Shown here: in pieces, positions 43,091-59,120 of the stretch
Layout of the letters: the number at the start of each line of letters is the position of its first letter
Numbering within the stretch: position 1 is the first letter of the stretch
Assembly: GCA_964016885.1 (NCBI GenBank)
Contig: OZ024748.1
Span: 39,246,001-39,310,000, forward strand
DNA: 64,000 nucleotides
Direction of reading: 5' to 3'
Source of the DNA: Eledone cirrhosa
Lineage: Eukaryota
Notes under the pieces: model-generated
Database searches by the model: none
Seen by the model: only the letters and a program-made list of their open reading frames with translations
Told to the model about the DNA's origin: nothing
Translations under genes and position numbers: made by a program

Positions 43091-46000
43091 AAGACACTGT
43101 CTATGTGATTAAACCTGTCATTACCATATTTCTAATGAGAGTTACTGTCTATGTCAGTAACCCTGTCATTACCATATTTCTAATGAAAGTCACTGTCTAT
43201 GTCATTAACCCTTTCATTACCATATTTCTAATGAAAAACACTGTCTATCTCATTAACCCTTTCATTACCATATTTCTAATGAAAGACACTGTCTAGGTCA
43301 TTAACCCTTTCATTACCATATTTCTAATGAAAGACACTGTCTATGCAATTAACCCTTTCATTACCATATTTCTAATGAAAGTCACTGTCTATGTCATTAA
43401 CCCTTTCATTACCATATTTCTAATGAAAGTCACTGTCTATGTCATTAACCCTTTCATTACCATATTTCTAATGAAAGTCACTGTCTATTTCATTAACCCT
43501 TTCATTACCATATTTCTAATGAAAGACACTGTCTATGTGATTAACCCTTTCATTACCATATTTCTAATGAAAGTCACTGTCTATGTCATTAACCCTTTCA
43601 TTACCATATTTCTAATGAAAGTCACTGTCTATGTCATTAACCCTTTCATTACCATATTTCTAATGAAAGTCACTGTCTATGTCATTAACCCTTTCATTAC
43701 CATATTTCTAATGAAAGACACTGTCTATGTCATTAACCCTTTCATTACCATATTTCTAATGAAAGACACTGTCTATGTCATTAACCCTTTCATTACCATA
43801 TTTCTAATAAAAGTCACTGTCTATGTCATTAACCCTTTCATTACCATATTTCTAATGAAAGTCACTGTCTATGTCATTAACCCTTTCATTACCATATTTC
43901 TAATGAAAGACACATTCTATGTCATTAATCATTTCATTATCATATTTCTAATGGAAGTCACTGTCTATGTCATTAACCCTTTCATTACCATATTTCTAAT
44001 GAAAGTCACTGTCTATGTCATTAACCCTTTCATTACCATATTTCTAATGAAAGACACTGTCTATGTGATTAAACCTGTCATTACCATATTTCTAATGAAA
44101 GTTACTGTCTATGTCAGTAAACCTGTCATTACCATATTTCTAATGAAAGTCACTGTCTATGTCATTAACCCTTTCATTACCATATTTCTAATGAAAGACA
44201 CTGTCTATTTCATTAACCCCTTCATTACAATATTTCTAATGAAAGACACTGTCTATGTCATTAACCCTTTCATTACCATATTTCTAATGAAAGACACTGT
44301 CTATGTCATTAACCCTTTCATTACCATATTTCTAATGAAAGTCACTGTCTATGTCATTAACCCTTTCATTACAATATTTCTAATGAAAGACACTGTCTAT
44401 GTCATTAACCCTTTCATTACCATATTTCTAATGAAAGTCACTGTCTATGTCATTAACCCTTTCATTACCATATTTCTAATGAAAGTCATTGTGTATGTCA
44501 TTAACTCTTTCATTACCATATTTCTAATGAAAGTCACTGTCTATTTCATTAACCCTTTCATTACCATATTTCTAATGAAAGACACTGTCTATGTCATTAA
44601 CCCTTTCATTACCATATTTCTAATGAAAGACACTGTCTATGTCATTAACCCTTTCATTACCATATTTCTAATAAAAGTCACTGTCTATGTCATTAACCCT
44701 TTCATTACCATATTTCTAATGAAAGTCACTGTCTATTGTCATTAACCCTTTCATTACCATATTTCTAATGAAAGACACATTCTATGTCATTAATCCTTTC
44801 ATTACCATATTTCTAATGGAAGTCACTGTCTATGTCATTAACCCTTTCATTACCATATTTCTAATGAAAGTCACTGTCTATGTCATTAACCCTTTCATTA
44901 CCATATTTCTAATGAAAGTCACTGTCTATGTCATTAACCCTTTCATTACCATATGTCTAATGAAAGACACAGTCTATGTCATTAATCCTTTCATTACCAT
45001 ATTTCTAATGAAAGTCACTGTCTATGTCATTACCCCTTTCATTACCATATTTCTAATAAAAGTCACTGTCTATGTCATTAACCCTTTCATTACCATATTT
45101 CTAATGAAAGTCACTGTCTATGTCATTAACCCTTTCATTACCATATTTCTAATGAAAGACACATTCTATGTCATTAATCCTTTCATTACCATATTTCTAA
45201 TGGAAGCCACTGTCTATGTCATTAACCCTTTCATTACCATATTTCTAATGAAAGTCACTGTCTATGTCATTAACCCTTTCATTACCATATTTCTAATGAA
45301 AGACACTGTCTATGTGATTAAACCTGTCATTACCATATTTCTAATGAAAGTTACTGTCTATGTCAGTAACCCTGTCATTACCATATTTCTAATGAAAGTC
45401 ACTGTCTATGTCATTAACCCTTTCATTACCATATTTCTAATGAAAGACACTGTCTAGGTCATTAACCCTTTCATTACCATATTTCTAATGAAAGACACTG
45501 TCTATGCAATTAACCCTTTCATTACCATATTTCTAATGAAAGTCACTGTCTATGTCATTAACCCTTTCATTACCATATTTCTAATGAAAGTCACTGACTA
45601 TGTCATTAACCCTTTCATTACCATATTTCTAATGAAAGTCACTGTCTATTTCATTAACCCTTTCATTACCATATTTCTAATGAAAGACACTGTCTATGTC
45701 ATTAACCCTTTCATTACCATATTTCTAATGAAAGACACTGTCTATGTCATTAACCCTTTCATTACCATATTTCTAATAAAAGTCACTGTCTATGTCATTA
45801 ACCCTTTCATTACCATATTTCTAATGAAAGTCACTGTCTATGTCATTAACCCTTTCATTACCATATTTCTAATGAAAGACACATTCTATGTCATTAATCA
45901 TTTCATTACCATATATCTAATGGAAGTCACTGTCTATGTCATTAACCCTTTCATTACCATATTTCTAATGAAAGTCACTGTCTATTTCATTAACCCTTTC

Positions 46001-49000
46001 ATTACCATATTTCTAATGAAAGTCACTGTCTATGTCATTAACCCTTTCATTACCATATTTCTAATGAAAGTCACTGTCTATGTCATTAACCCTTTCATTA
46101 CCATATTTCTAATGAAAGACACTGTCTATGTCATTAACCCTTTCATTACCATATTTCTAATAAAAGTCACTGTCTATGTCATTAACCCTTTCATTACCAT
46201 ATTTCTAATGAAAGTCACTGTCTATGTCATTAACCCTTTCATTACCATATTTCTAATGAAAGACACATTCTATGTCATTAATCCTTTCATTACTATATTT
46301 CTAATGGAAGTCACTGTCTATGTCATTAACCCTTTCATTACCATATTTCTAATGAAAGTCACTGTCTATGTCATTAACCCTTTCATTACCATATTTCTAA
46401 TGAAAGTCACTGTCTATGTCATTAACCCTTTCATTACCATATTTCTAATGAAAGACACAGTCTATGTCATTAATCCTTTCATTACCATATTTCTAATGAA
46501 AGTCACTGTCTATGTCATTAACCCTTTCATTACCATATTTCTAATGAAAGACACTATCTATGTGATTAACCCTGTCATTACCATATTTTTAATGAAAGTT
46601 ACTGTCTATGTCAGTAAACCTGTCATTACCATATTTCTAATGAAAGTCACTGTCTATGTCATTAACCCTTTCATTACCATATTTCTAATGAAAGACACTG
46701 TCTATGTCATTAACCCTTTCATTACCATATTTCTAATGAAATTCACTGTCTATGTCATTAACCCATTCATTACCATATTTCTAATGAAAGTCATTGTCTA
46801 TGTCATTAACCCTTTCATTACCATATTTCTAATGAAAGTCACTGTCTATTTCATTAACCCTTTCATTACCATATTTCTAATGAAAGACACATTCTATGTC
46901 ATTAATCCTTTCATTACCATATTTCTAATGGAAGTCACTGTCTATGTCATTAACCCTTTCATTACCATATTTCTAATGAAAGTCACTGTCTATGTCATTA
47001 ACCCTTTCATTACCATATTTCTAATGAAAGTCACTGTCTATGTCATTAACCCTTTCATTACCATATGTCTAATGAAAGACACAGTCTATGTCATTAATCC
47101 TTTCATTACCATATTTCTAATGAAAGTCACTGTCTATGTCATTAACCCTTTCATTACCATATTTCTAATGAAAGACACTGTCTATGTCATTAACCCTTTC
47201 ATTACCATATTTCTAATGAAAGACACTGTCTATGTCATTAACCCTTTCATTACCATATTTCTAATAAAAGTCACTGTCTATGTCATTAACCCTTTCATTA
47301 CCATATTTCTAATGAAAGTCACTGTCTATTGTCATTAACTCTTTCATTACCATATTTCTAATGAAAGACACATTCTCTGTCATTAATCCTTTCATTACCA
47401 TATTTCTAATGGAAGTCACTGTCTATGTCATTAACCCTTTCATTACCATATTTCTAATGAAAGTCACTGTCTATGTCATTAACCCTTTCATTACCATATT
47501 TCTAATGAAAGTCACGGTCTATGTCATTAACCCTTTCATTACCATATTTCTAATGAAAGTCACTGTCTATGTCATTAACCCTTTCATTACCATATTTCTA
47601 ATGAAAGACACATTCTATGTCATTAATCCTTTCATTACCATATTTCTAATGGAAGTCACTGTCTATGTCATTAACCCTTTCATTACCATATTTCTAATGA
47701 AAGTCACTGTCTATGTCATTAACCCTTTCATTACCATATTTCTAATGAAAGACACTGTCTATGTGATTAAACCTGTCATTACCATATTTCTAATGAAAGT
47801 TACTGTCTATGTCAGTAACCCTGTCATTACCATATTTCTAATGAAAGTCACTGTCTATGTCATTAACCCTTTCATTACCATATTTCTAATGAAAAACACT
47901 GTCTATCTCATTAACCCTTTCATTACCATATTTCTAATGAAAGACACTGTCTAGGTCATTAACCCTTTCATTACCATATTTCTAATGAAAGACACTGTCT
48001 ATGCAATTAACCCTTTCATTACCATATTTCTAATGAAAGTCACTGTCTATGTCATTAACCCTTTCATTACCATATTTCTAATGAAAGTCACTGTCTATTG
48101 TCATTAACTCTTTCATTACCATATTTCTAATGAAAGACACATTCTATGTCATTAATCCTTTCATTACCATATTTCTAATGGAAGTCACTGTCTATGTCAT
48201 TAACCCTTTCATTACCATATTTCTAATGAAAGTCACTGTCTATGTCATTAACCCTTTCATTACCATATTTCTAATGAAAGTCACTGTCTATGTCATTAAC
48301 CCTTTCATTACCATATGTCTAATGAAAGACACAGTCTATGTCATTAATCCTTTCATTACCATATTTCTAATGAAAGTCACTGTCTATGTCATTACCCCTT
48401 TCATTACCATATTTCTAATAAAAGTCACTGTCTATGTCATTAATCCTTTCATTACCATATTTCTAATGAAAGTCACTGTCTATGTCATTAACCCTTTCAT
48501 TACCATATTTCTAATGAAAGACACATTCTATGTCATTAATCCTTTCATTACCATATTTCTAATGAAAGACACTGTCTATGTCATTAACCCTTTCATTACC
48601 ATATTTCTAATAAAAGTCACTGTCTATGTCATTAACCCTTTCATTACCATATTTCTAATGAAAGTCACTGTCTATGTCATTAACCCTTTCATTACCATAT
48701 TTCTAATGAAAGACACATTCTATGTCATTAATCATTTCATTACCATATTTCTAATGGAAGTCACTGTCTATGTCATTAACCCTTTCATTACCATATTTCT
48801 AATGAAAGTCACTGTCTATGTCATTAACCCTTTCATTACCATATTTCTAATGAAAGACACTGTCTATGTGATTAAACCTGTCATTACCATATTTCTAATG
48901 AAAGTTACTGTCTATGTCAGTAAACCTGTCATTACCATATTTCTAATGAAAGTCACTGTCTATGTCATTAACCCTTTCATTACCATATTTCTAATGAAAG

Positions 49001-52000
49001 ACACTGTCTATTTCATTTACCCCTTCATTACAATATTTCTAATGAAAGACACTGTCTATGTCATTAACCCTTTCATTACCATATTTCTAATGAAAGTCAC
49101 TGTCTATGTCATTAACCCTTTCATTACCATATTTCTAATGAAAGACACTGTCTATGTGATTAAACCTGTCATTACCATATTTCTAATGAGAGTTACTGTC
49201 TATGTCAGTAACCCTGTCATTACCATATTTCTAATGAAAGTCACTGTCTATGTCATTAACCCTTTCATTACCATATTTCTAATGAAAAACACTGTCTATC
49301 TCATTAACCCTTTCATTACCATATTTCTAATGAAAGACACTGTCTAGGTCATTAACCCTTTCATTACCATATTTCTAATGAAAGACACTGTCTATGCAAT
49401 TAACCCTTTCATTACCATATTTCTAATGAAAGTCACTGTCTATGTCATTAACCCTTTCATTACCATATTTCTAATGAAAGTCACTGTCTATTTCATTAAC
49501 CCTTTCATTACCATATTTCTAATGAAAGACACTGTCTATGTGATTAACCCTTTCATTACCATATTTCTAATGAAAGTCACTGTCTATGTCATTAACCCTT
49601 TCATTACCATATTTCTAATGAAAGTCACTGTCTATGTCATTAACCCTTTCATTACCATATTTCTAATGAAAGTCACTGTCTATGTCATTAACCCTTTCAT
49701 TACCATATTTCTAATGAAAGACACTGTCTATGTCATTAACCCTTTCATTACCATATTTCTAATGAAAGACACTGTCTATGTCATTAACCCTTTCATTACC
49801 ATATTTCTAATAAAAGTCACTGTCTATGTCATTAACCCTTTCATTACCATATTTCTAATGAAAGTCACTGTCTATGTCATTAACCCTTTCATTACCATAT
49901 TTCTAATGAAAGACACATTCTATGTCATTAATCATTTCATTATCATATTTCTAATGGAAGTCACTGTCTATGTCATTAACCCTTTCATTACCATATTTCT
50001 AATGAAAGTCACTGTCTATGTCATTAACCCTTTCATTACCATATTTCTAATGAAAGACACTGTCTATGTGATTAAACCTGTCATTACCATATTTCTAATG
50101 AAAGTTACTGTCTATGTCAGTAAACCTGTCATTACCATATTTCTAATGAAAGTCACTGTCTATGTCATTAACCCTTTCATTACCATATTTCTAATGAAAG
50201 ACACTGTCTATTTCATTAACCCCTTCATTACAATATTTCTAATGAAAGACACTGTCTATGTCATTAACCCTTTCATTACCATATTTCTAATGAAAGACAC
50301 TGTCTATGTCATTAACCCTTTCATTACCATATTTCTAATGAAAGTCACTGTCTATGTCATTAACCCTTTCATTACAATATTTCTAATGAAAGACACTGTC
50401 TATGTCATTAACCCTTTCATTACCATATTTCTAATGAAAGTCACTGTCTATGTCATTAACCCTTTCATTACCATATTTCTAATGAAAGTCATTGTGTATG
50501 TCATTAACTCTTTCATTACCATATTTCTAATGAAAGTCACTGTCTATTTCATTAACCCTTTCATTACCATATTTCTAATGAAAGACACTGTCTATGTCAT
50601 TAACCCTTTCATTACCATATTTCTAATGAAAGACACTGTCTATGTCATTAACCCTTTCATTACCATATTTCTAATAAAAGTCACTGTCTATGTCATTAAC
50701 CCTTTCATTACCATATTTCTAATGAAAGTCACTGTCTATTGTCATTAACCCTTTCATTACCATATTTCTAATGAAAGACACATTCTATGTCATTAATCCT
50801 TTCATTACCATATTTCTAATGGAAGTCACTGTCTATGTCATTAACCCTTTCATTACCATATTTCTAATGAAAGTCACTGTCTATGTCATTAACCCTTTCA
50901 TTACCATATTTCTAATGAAAGTCACTGTCTATGTCATTAACCCTTTCATTACCATATGTCTAATGAAAGACACAGTCTATGTCATTAATCCTTTCATTAC
51001 CATATTTCTAATGAAAGTCACTGTCTATGTCATTACCCCTTTCATTACCATATTTCTAATAAAAGTCACTGTCTATGTCATTAACCCTTTCATTACCATA
51101 TTTCTAATGAAAGTCACTGTCTATGTCATTAACCCTTTCATTACCATATTTCTAATGAAAGACACATTCTATGTCATTAATCCTTTCATTACCATATTTC
51201 TAATGGAAGCCACTGTCTATGTCATTAACTCTTTCATTACCATATTTCTAATGAAAGTCACTGTCTATGTCATTAACCCTTTCATTACCATATTTCTAAT
51301 GAAAGACACTGTCTATGTGATTAAACCTGTCATTACCATATTTCTAATGAAAGTTACTGTCTATGTCAGTAACCCTGTCATTACCATATTTCTAATGAAA
51401 GTCACTGTCTATGTCATTAACCCTTTCATTACCATATTTCTAATGAAAGACACTGTCTAGGTCATTAACCCTTTCATTACCATATTTCTAATGAAAGACA
51501 CTGTCTATGCAATTAACCCTTTCATTACCATATTTCTAATGAAAGTCACTGTCTATGTCATTAACCCTTTCATTACCATATTTCTAATGAAAGTCACTGA
51601 CTATGTCATTAACCCTTTCATTACCATATTTCTAATGAAAGTCACTGTCTATGTCATTAACCCTTTCATTACCATATTTCTAATGAAAGACACTGTCTAT
51701 GTCATTAACCCTTTGATTACCATATTTCTAATGAAAGACACTGTCTATGTCATTAACCCTTTCATTACCATATTTCTAATAAAAGTCACTGTCTATGTCA
51801 TTAACCCTTTCATTACCATATTTCTAATGAAAGTCACTGTCTATGTCATTAACCCTTTCATTACCATATTTCTAATGAAAGACACATTCTATGTCATTAA
51901 TCATTTCATTACCATATATCTAATGGAAGTCACTGTCTATGTCATTAACCCTTTCATTACCATATTTCTAATGAAAGTCACTGTCTATTTCATTAACCCT

Positions 52001-54100
52001 TTCATTACCATATTTCTAATGAAAGACACTGTCTATGTCATTAACCCTTTCATTACCATATTTCTAATGAAAGTCACTGTCTATGTCATTAACCCTTTCA
52101 TTACCATATTTCTAATGAAAGACACTGTCTATGTCATTAACCCTTTCATTACCATATTTCTAATAAAAGTCAATGTCTATGTCATTAACCCTTTCATTAC
52201 CATATTTCTAATGAAAGTCACTGTCTATGTCATTAACCCTTTCATTACCATATTTCTAATGAAAGACACATTCTATGTCATTAATCCTTTCATTACTATA
52301 TTTCTAATGGAAGTCACTGTCTATGTCATTAACCCTTTCATTACCATATTTCTAATGAAAGTCACTGTCTATGTCATTAACCCTTTCATTACCATATTTC
52401 TAATGAAAGTCACTGTCTATGTCATTAACCCTTTCATTACCATATTTCTAATGAAAGACACAGTCTATGTCATTAATCCTTTCATTACCATATTTCTAAT
52501 GAAAGTCACTGTCTATGTCATTAACCCTTTCATTACCATATTTCTAATGAAAGACACTATCTATGTGATTAACCCTGTCATTACCATATTTTTAATGAAA
52601 GTTACTGTCTATGTCAGTAAACCTGTCATTACCATATTTCTAATGAAAGTCACTGTCTATGTCATTAACCCTTTCATTACCATATTTCTAATGAAAGACA
52701 CTGTCTATGTCATTAACCCTTTCATTACCATATTTCTAATGAAATTCACTGTCTATGTCATTAACCCATTCATTACCATATTTCTAATGAAAGTCATTGT
52801 CTATGTCATTAACCCTTTCATTACCATATTTCTAATGAAAGTCACTGTCTATTTCATTAACCCTTTCATTACCATATTTCTAATGAAAGACACATTCTAT
52901 GTCATTAATCCTTTCATTACCATATTTCTAATGGAAGTCACTGTCTATGTCATTAACCCTTTCATTACCATATTTCTAATGAAAGTCACTGTCTATGTCA
53001 TTAACCCTTTCATTACCATATTTCTAATGAAAGTCACTGTCTATGTCATTAACCCTTTCATTACCATATGTCTAATGAAAGACACAGTCTATGTCATTAA
53101 TCCTTTCATTACCATATTTCTAATGAAAGTCACTGTCTATGTCATTAACCCTTTCATTACCATATTTCTAATGAAAGACACTGTCTATGTCATTAACCCT
53201 TTCATTACCATATTTCTAATGAAAGACACTGTCTATGTCATTAACCCTTTCATTACCATATTTCTAATAAAAGTCACTGTCTATGTCATTAACCCTTTCA
53301 TTACCATATTTCTAATGAAAGTCACTGTCTATTGTCATTAACCCTTTCATTACCATATTTCTAATGAAAGACACATTCTCTGTCATTAATCCTTTCATTA
53401 CCATATTTCTAATGGAAGTCACTGTCTATGTCATTAACCCTTTCATTACCATATTTCTAATGAAAGTCACTGTCTATGTCATTAACCCTTTCATTACCAT
53501 ATTTCTAATGAAAGTCACGGTCTATGTCATTAACCCTTTCATTACCATATTTCTAATGAAAGTCACTGTCTATGTCATTAACCCTTTCATTACCATATTT
53601 CTAATGAAAGACACATTCTATGTCATTAATCCTTTCATTACCATATTTCTAATGGAAGTCACTGTCTATGTCATTAACCCTTTCATTACCATATTTCTAA
53701 TGAAAGTCACTGTCTATGTCATTAACCCTTTCATTACCATATTTCTAATGAAAGACACTGTCTATGTGATTAAACCTGTCATTACCATATTTCTAATGAA
53801 AGTTACTGTCTATGTCAGTAACCCTGTCATTACCATATTTCTAATGAAAGTCACTGTCTATGTCATTAACCCTTTCATTACCATATTTCTAATGAAAAAC
53901 ACTGTCTATCTCATTAACCCTTTCATTACCATATTTCTAATGAAAGACACTGTCTAGGTCATTAACCCTTTCATTACCATATTTCTAATGAAAGACACTG
54001 TCTATGCAATTAACCCTTTCATTACCATATTTCTAATGAAAGTCACTGTCTATGTCATTAACCCTTTCATTACCATATTTCTAATGAAAGTCACTGTCTA
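42079..54100. repeat. Second ~6.0 kb tandem duplication (offset 6,051 then 6,003 bp)
   Basis: Matched ORF pairs are 42079/48130 (405 aa), 44768/50771 (229 aa), 45488/51491 (616 aa) and 47361/53364 (197 aa). Private markers are GGAAGCCAC (~45202, ~51205), CACGGTC (~47513, ~53516) and ATGAGAGTT (~43135, ~49186). Confidence 0.9.
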
Positions 54101-55379
54101 TGTCATTAACCCTTTCATTACCATATTTCTAATGAAAGTCACTGTCTATGTCATTAACCCTTTCATTACCATATTTCTAATGAGAGTCACTGTCTATTTC
54201 ATTAACCCTTTCATTACCATATTTCTAATGAAAGACACTGTCTATGTCATTAACCCTTTCATTACCATATTTCTAATGAAAGACACTGTCTATGTCATTA
54301 ACCCTTTCATTACCATATTTCTAATAAAAGTCACTGTCTATGTCATTAACCCTTTCATTACCATATTTCTAATGAAAGTCACTGTCTCTGTCATTAACCC
54401 TTTCATTACCATATTTCTAATGGAAGTCACTGTCTATGTCATTAACCCTTTCATTACCATATTTCTAATGAAAGTCACTGTCTATGTCATTAACCCTTTC
54501 ATTACCATATTTCTAATGAAAGACACTGTCTATGTGATTAAACCTGTCATTACCATATTTCTAATGAAAGTTACTGTCTATGTCAGTAACCCTGTCATTA
54601 CCATATTTCTAATGAAAGTCACTGTCTATGTCATTAACCCTTTCATTACCATATTTCTAATGAAAAACACTGTCTATCTCCTTAACCCTTTCATTACCAT
54701 ATTTCTAATGAAAGACACTGTCTAGGTCATTAACCCTTTCATTACCATATTTCTAATGAAAGACACTGTCTATGCAATTAACCCTTTCATTACCATATTT
54801 CTAATGAAAGTCACTGTCTATGTCATTAACCCTTTCATTACCATATTTCTAATGAAAGTCACTGTCTATGTCATTAACCCTTTCATTACCATATTTCTAA
54901 TGAAAGTCACTGTCTATGTCATTAACCCTTTCATTACCATATTTCTAATGAAAGTCACTGTCTATTTCATTAACCCTTTGATTACCATATTTCTAATGAA
55001 AGACACTGTCTATGTCATTAACCCTTTCATTACCATATTTCTAATGAAAGACACTGTCTATGTCATTAACCCTTTCATTACCATATTTCTAATAAAAGTC
55101 ACTGTCTATGTCATTAACCCTTTCATTACCATATTTCTAATGAAAGTCACTGTCTATGTCATTAACCCTTTCATTACCATATTTCTAATGAAAGACACAT
55201 TCTATGTCATTAATCATTTCATTACCATATTTCTAATGAAAGTCACTGTCTATGTCATTAACCCTTTCATTACCATATTTCTAATGAAAGACACTGTCTA
55301 TGTCATTAACCCTTTCATTACCATATTTCTAATAAAAGTCACTGTCTATGTCATTAACCCTTTCATTACCATATTTCTA

Positions 55380-58300
55380 ATGAAAGTCACTGTCTATGTC
55401 ATTAACCCTTTCATTACCATATTTCTAATGAAAGACACATTCTATGTCATTAATCCTTTCATTACTATATTTCTAATGGAAGTCACTGTCTATGTCATTA
55501 ACCCTTTCATTACCATATTTCTAATGAAAGTCACTGTCTATGTCATTAACCCTTTCATTACCATATTTCTAATGAAAGTCACTGTCTATGTCATTAACCC
55601 TTTCATTACCATATTTCTAATGAAAGACACAGTCTATGTCATTAATCCTTTCATTACCATATTTCTAATGAAAGTCACTGTCTATGTCATTAACCCTTTC
55701 ATTACCATATTTCTAATGAAAGACACTATCTATGTGATTAACCCTGTCATTACCATATTTTTAATGAAAGTTACTGTCTATGTCAGTAAACCTGTCATTA
55801 CCATATTTCTAATGAAAGTCACTGTCTATGTCATTAACCCTTTCATTACCATATTTCTAATGAAAGACACTGTCTATTTCATTAACCCCTTCATTACAAT
55901 ATTTCTAATGAAAGACACTGTCTATGTCATTAACCCTTTCATTACCATATTTCTAATGAAAGACACTGTCTATGTCATTAACCCTTTCATTACCATATTT
56001 CTAATGAAAGTCACTGTCTATGTCATTAACCCTTTCATTACCATATTTCTGATGAAAGACACTGTCTATGTCATTAACCCTTTCATTACCATATTTCTAA
56101 TGAAATTCACTGTCTATGTCATTAACCCATTCATTACGATATTTCTAATGAAAGTCATTGTCTATGTCATTAACCCTTTCATTACCATATTTCTAATGAA
56201 AGTCACTGTCTATTTCATTAACCCTTTCATTACCATATTTCTAATGAAAGACACATTCTATGTCATTAATCCTTTCATTACCATATTTCTAATGGAAGTC
56301 ACTGTCTATGTCATTAACCCTTTCATTACCATATTTCTAATGAAAGTCACTGTCTATGTCATTAACCCTTTCATTACCATATTTCTAATGAAAGTCACTG
56401 TCTATGTCATTAACCCTTTCATTACCATATGTCTAATGAAAGACACAGTCTATGTCATTAATCCTTTCATTACCATATTTCTAATGAAAGTCACTGTCTA
56501 TGTCATTAACCCTTTCATTACCATATTTCTAATGAAAGACACTGTCTATGTCATTAACCCTTTCATTACCATATTTCTAATGAAAGTCACTGTCTATGTC
56601 ATTAACCCTTTCATTACCATATTTCTAATGAAAGTCACTGTCTATTGTCATTAACCCTTTCATTACCATATTTCTAATGAAAGACACATTCTCTGTCATT
56701 AATCCTTTCATTACCATATTTCTAATGGAAGTCACTGTCTATGTCATTAACCCTTTCATTACCATATTTCTAATGAAAGTCACTGTCTATGTCATTAACC
56801 CTTTCATTACCATATTTCTAATGAAAGTCACTGTCTATGTCATTAACCCTTTCATTACCATATTTCTAATGAAAGTCACTGTCTATGTCATTAACCCTTT
56901 CATTACCATATTTCTAATGAAAGACACATTCTATGTCATTAATCCTTTCATTACCATATTTCTAATGGAAGTCACTGTCTATGTCATTAACCCTTTCATT
57001 ACCATATTTCTAATGAAAGTCACTGTCTATGTCATTAACCCTTTCATTACCATATTTCTAATGAAAGACACTGTCTATGTGATTAAACCTGTCATTACCA
57101 TATTTCTAATGAAAGTTACTGTCTATGTCAGTAACCCTGTCATTACCATATTTCTAATGAAGGTCACTGTCTATGTCATTAACCCTTTCATTACCATATT
57201 TCTAATGAAAAACACTGTCTATCTCATTAACCCTTTCATTACCATATTTCTAATGAAAGTCACTGTCTATGTCATTAACCCTTTCATTACCATATTTCTA
57301 ATGAAAGACACATTCTATGTCATTAATCCTTTCATTACTATATTTCTAATGGAAGTCACTGTCTATGTCATTAACCCTTTCATTACCATATTTCTAATGA
57401 AAGTCACTGTCTATGTCATTAACCCTTTCATTACCATATTTCTAATGAAAGTCACTGTCTATGTCATTAACCCTTTCATTACCATATTTCTAATGAAAGA
57501 CACAGTCTATGTCATTAATCCTTTCATTACCATATTTCTAATGAAAGTCACTGTCTATGTCATTAACCCTTTCATTACCATATTTCTAATGAAAGACACT
57601 ATCTATGTGATTAACCCTGTCATTACCATATTTTTAATGAAAGTTACTGTCTATGTCAGTAAACCTGTCATTACCATATTTCTAATGAAAGTCACTGTCT
57701 ATGTCATTAACCCTTTCATTACCATATTTCTAATGAAAGACACTGTCTATTTCATTAACCCCTTCATTACAATATTTCTAATGAAAGACACTGTCTATGT
57801 CATTAACCCTTTCATTACCATATTTCTAATGAAAGACACTGTCTATGTCATTAACCCTTTCATTACCATATTTCTAATGAAAGTCACTGTCTATGTCATT
57901 AACCCTTTCATTACCATATTTCTGATGAAAGACACTGTCTATGTCATTAACCCTTTCATTACCATATTTCTAATGAAATTCACTGTCTATGTCATTAACC
58001 CATTCATTACGATATTTCTAATGAAAGTCATTGTCTATGTCATTAACCCTTTCATTACCATATTTCTAATGAAAGTCACTGTCTATTTCATTAACCCTTT
58101 CATTACCATATTTCTAATGAAAGACACATTCTATGTCATTAATCCTTTCATTACCATATTTCTAATGGAAGTCACTGTCTATGTCATTAACCCTTTCATT
58201 ACCATATTTCTAATGAAAGTCACTGTCTATGTCATTAACCCTTTCATTACCATATTTCTAATGAAAGTCACTGTCTATGTCATTAACCCTTTCATTACCA

Positions 58301-59120
58301 TATGTCTAATGAAAGACACAGTCTATGTCATTAATCCTTTCATTACCATATTTCTAATGAAAGTCACTGTCTATGTCATTAACCCTTTCATTACCATATT
58401 TCTAATGAAAGACACTGTCTATGTCATTAACCCTTTCATTACCATATTTCTAATGAAAGTCACTGTCTATGTCATTAACCCTTTCATTACCATATTTCTA
58501 ATGAAAGTCACTGTCTATTGTCATTAACCCTTTCATTACCATATTTCTAATGAAAGACACATTCTCTGTCATTAATCCTTTCATTACCATATTTCTAATG
58601 GAAGTCACTGTCTATGTCATTAACCCTTTCATTACCATATTTCTAATGAAAGTCACTGTCTATGTCATTAACCCTTTCATTACCATATTTCTAATGAAAG
58701 TCACTGTCTATGTCATTAACCCTTTCATTACCATATTTCTAATGAAAGTCACTGTCTATGTCATTAACCCTTTCATTACCATATTTCTAATGAAAGACAC
58801 ATTCTATGTCATTAATCCTTTCATTACCATATTTCTAATGGAAGTCACTGTCTATGTCATTAACCCTTTCATTACCATATTTCTAATGAAAGTCACTGTC
58901 TATGTCATTAACCCTTTCATTACCATATTTCTAATGAAAGACACTGTCTATGTGATTAAACCTGTCATTACCATATTTCTAATGAAAGTTACTGTCTATG
59001 TCAGTAACCCTGTCATTACCATATTTCTAATGAAGGTCACTGTCTATGTCATTAACCCTTTCATTACCATATTTCTAATGAAAAACACTGTCTATCTCAT
59101 TAACCCTTTCATTACCATAT
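55380..59120. repeat. Tandem block duplication, offset 1,873 bp (39 monomers + 1 bp), with a related copy 2,736 bp further right (58550/61286)
   Basis: TTTCTGATGAAAG (~56046, ~57919), AAATTCACT...CCATTCATTACGATA (~56103, ~57976, ~60664) and GAAGGTCAC (~57159, ~59032, ~61768). ORF ends at 56654, 58527 and 61263. Confidence 0.8.
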
